This document shows positions 34,164 to 35,192 of a DNA stretch of 35,192 nucleotides, piece by piece. Position 1 is the stretch's first letter, and each line of letters begins with the position of its first letter. Both the position numbers and the translations under genes were made by a program. The notes beneath the pieces were generated by a model. That model worked only from the letters and a program-made list of their open reading frames with translations, was not told the DNA's origin and searched no databases. The stretch is from a virus (Duplodnaviria; Caudoviricetes): positions 1 to 35,192 of IMG/VR virus record IMGVR_UViG_3300027956_000028; one strand, written 5' to 3'.

Positions 34164-34973
34164 CTAAAACCGATAGCCTTCCGGCATGACTTTGCGCCCA
34201 TCCGGTCCATTCAGATACACAACCGGACCCAGGCGGCGATCTGCAAGGCGACTCCTGAGGTACCCATCCAGCGCAGCTTCGCTTTTGTTGGAAGCGATCA
34301 CCGTCAGGGCTTCCTCCCGGATCGCCCGCATGTAGCGCTGGTCAAGGAGTTGGAAGAGTCGCTCCTGCGCCCACGGCGTATCGTTGGATTTATCCAACTC
34401 ATCCAGAAAGAGCACATCCCGCGAAACCCACCAGTCGATCCGGCGCAGAAGTTCGGTGGTCTTATGTTCCTGTGCATCAAATGCCAGGCGGATATCATCC
34501 AGGACCGAGGACATATTGGCATAAGCCGCGCGCTTTCCATCTCGCAGGGCTGTGGAAGTCAGGATCTTGCCGATCAATGTCTTTGCCTGCCCCCATGTGC
34601 CCCACAGAAAGATCATGCCGTAACCACGCATGTAAGCCGGGCGCACGGCATCCATAGCCAATACACCGTCTGAGACTCCGGGTTTGATCAGCGACCAATC
34701 CATGTTCAATTCATCCTCTCGCAGTCCCATACGGGAATAATCGGGCTTGTTCTTCTCAGCCAGAAGCCGGGCCCGCATCTGCGAGGTGCAGGGACAGGTG
34801 AACCAGGTTCCGTATTTCTCGGACTTCTTCCAGCCCCATCCGCCACAGTGGCGGCAGTCCGAGTCAGCGTCCGAGTGCGGAGTGGGCGGGCGCTCCGGCG
34901 CGCCAGGAACGCCACGGCTTTGGATCCTCTCTCGCAGAGTGAGGGACTCTTTTCGCAAAGTTGATAATGTCAT
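34164..34973 (-). CDS. DnaC/IstB-like AAA+ helicase loader
   Basis: Zn motif CRHCGG...CPC, Walker A variant GTWGQAKT, Walker B LFLDE, 'LLDQRY', 'ASN', 'SRL' and 'GPD.R'. Confidence 0.85.
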   Translation of the reverse strand: MTLSTLRKESLTLRERIQSRGVPGAPERPPTPHSDADSDCRHCGGWGWKKSEKYGTWFTCPCTSQMRARLLAEKNKPDYSRMGLREDELNMDWSLIKPGVSDGVLAMDAVRPAYMRGYGMIFLWGTWGQAKTLIGKILTSTALRDGKRAAYANMSSVLDDIRLAFDAQEHKTTELLRRIDWWVSRDVLFLDELDKSNDTPWAQERLFQLLDQRYMRAIREEALTVIASNKSEAALDGYLRSRLADRRLGPVVYLNGPDGRKVMPEGYRF

Positions 34974-35192
34974 TTCATGCCTCCAAACATTTCATCTGCT
35001 CTGGCGCGGGCAAGTTCCAGCTCTTCGCCGGTGAGTTCGGGTTGAACCGGAGACCCAGCGCGTTTTCCATTGGAGCGGGAGGGTTTCTCTTTCCAGTTCT
35101 TCACGGCTGTCTCCAGACTGTCCAGCAGGCCGGCGCGGTTCATCAGGTGGATCTCTTTCTTGAAAGCCCACTGTAACAACTCTTCGGCTTGG
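34970..35192 (-). CDS. C-terminus of a putative replication initiator (partial)
   Basis: The frame is open to the window edge and ATGA-coupled to the loader gene, which is the usual initiator position. Confidence 0.5.
   Translation of the reverse strand, partial: QAEELLQWAFKKEIHLMNRAGLLDSLETAVKNWKEKPSRSNGKRAGSPVQPELTGEELELARARADEMFGGMK

Overview
The window is a 35-kb internal segment of a tailed dsDNA phage or prophage, probably podovirus-like, with almost all genes on the minus strand. In transcription order (right to left) it contains: replication genes (partial initiator, DnaC/IstB-like loader, J-domain protein); a middle region of small genes; a lysis module (membrane proteins, GH25 endolysin); a plus-strand island with an HTH gene and a XerC/D-like tyrosine recombinase; packaging genes (putative TerS, HNH, TerL, portal); putative ejection proteins; scaffold, major capsid and decoration genes; a glycosylation/modification cassette (DUF115/Maf-like, radical SAM, GT2, GT4-FkbM fusion); and tail genes running off the left edge. 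The most unusual signals are: (1) about 14 copies of GCCAGTATCG in both orientations at 31433-31952, across overlapping ORFs next to a membrane protein gene and a small basic protein gene, a candidate membrane-tethered DNA-binding or partition system; (2) a complete integron-type gene cassette with attC at 29387-29731, whose gene has a second copy flanked by direct repeats beside terL; (3) three late-operon leaders sharing a promoter-CA(A)GTRAAT-terminator layout; (4) the capsid-linked glycosylation cluster. A Chloroflexi (Anaerolineae-like) host is a tentative inference only. No searches were run, so all product calls come from motifs and gene context.
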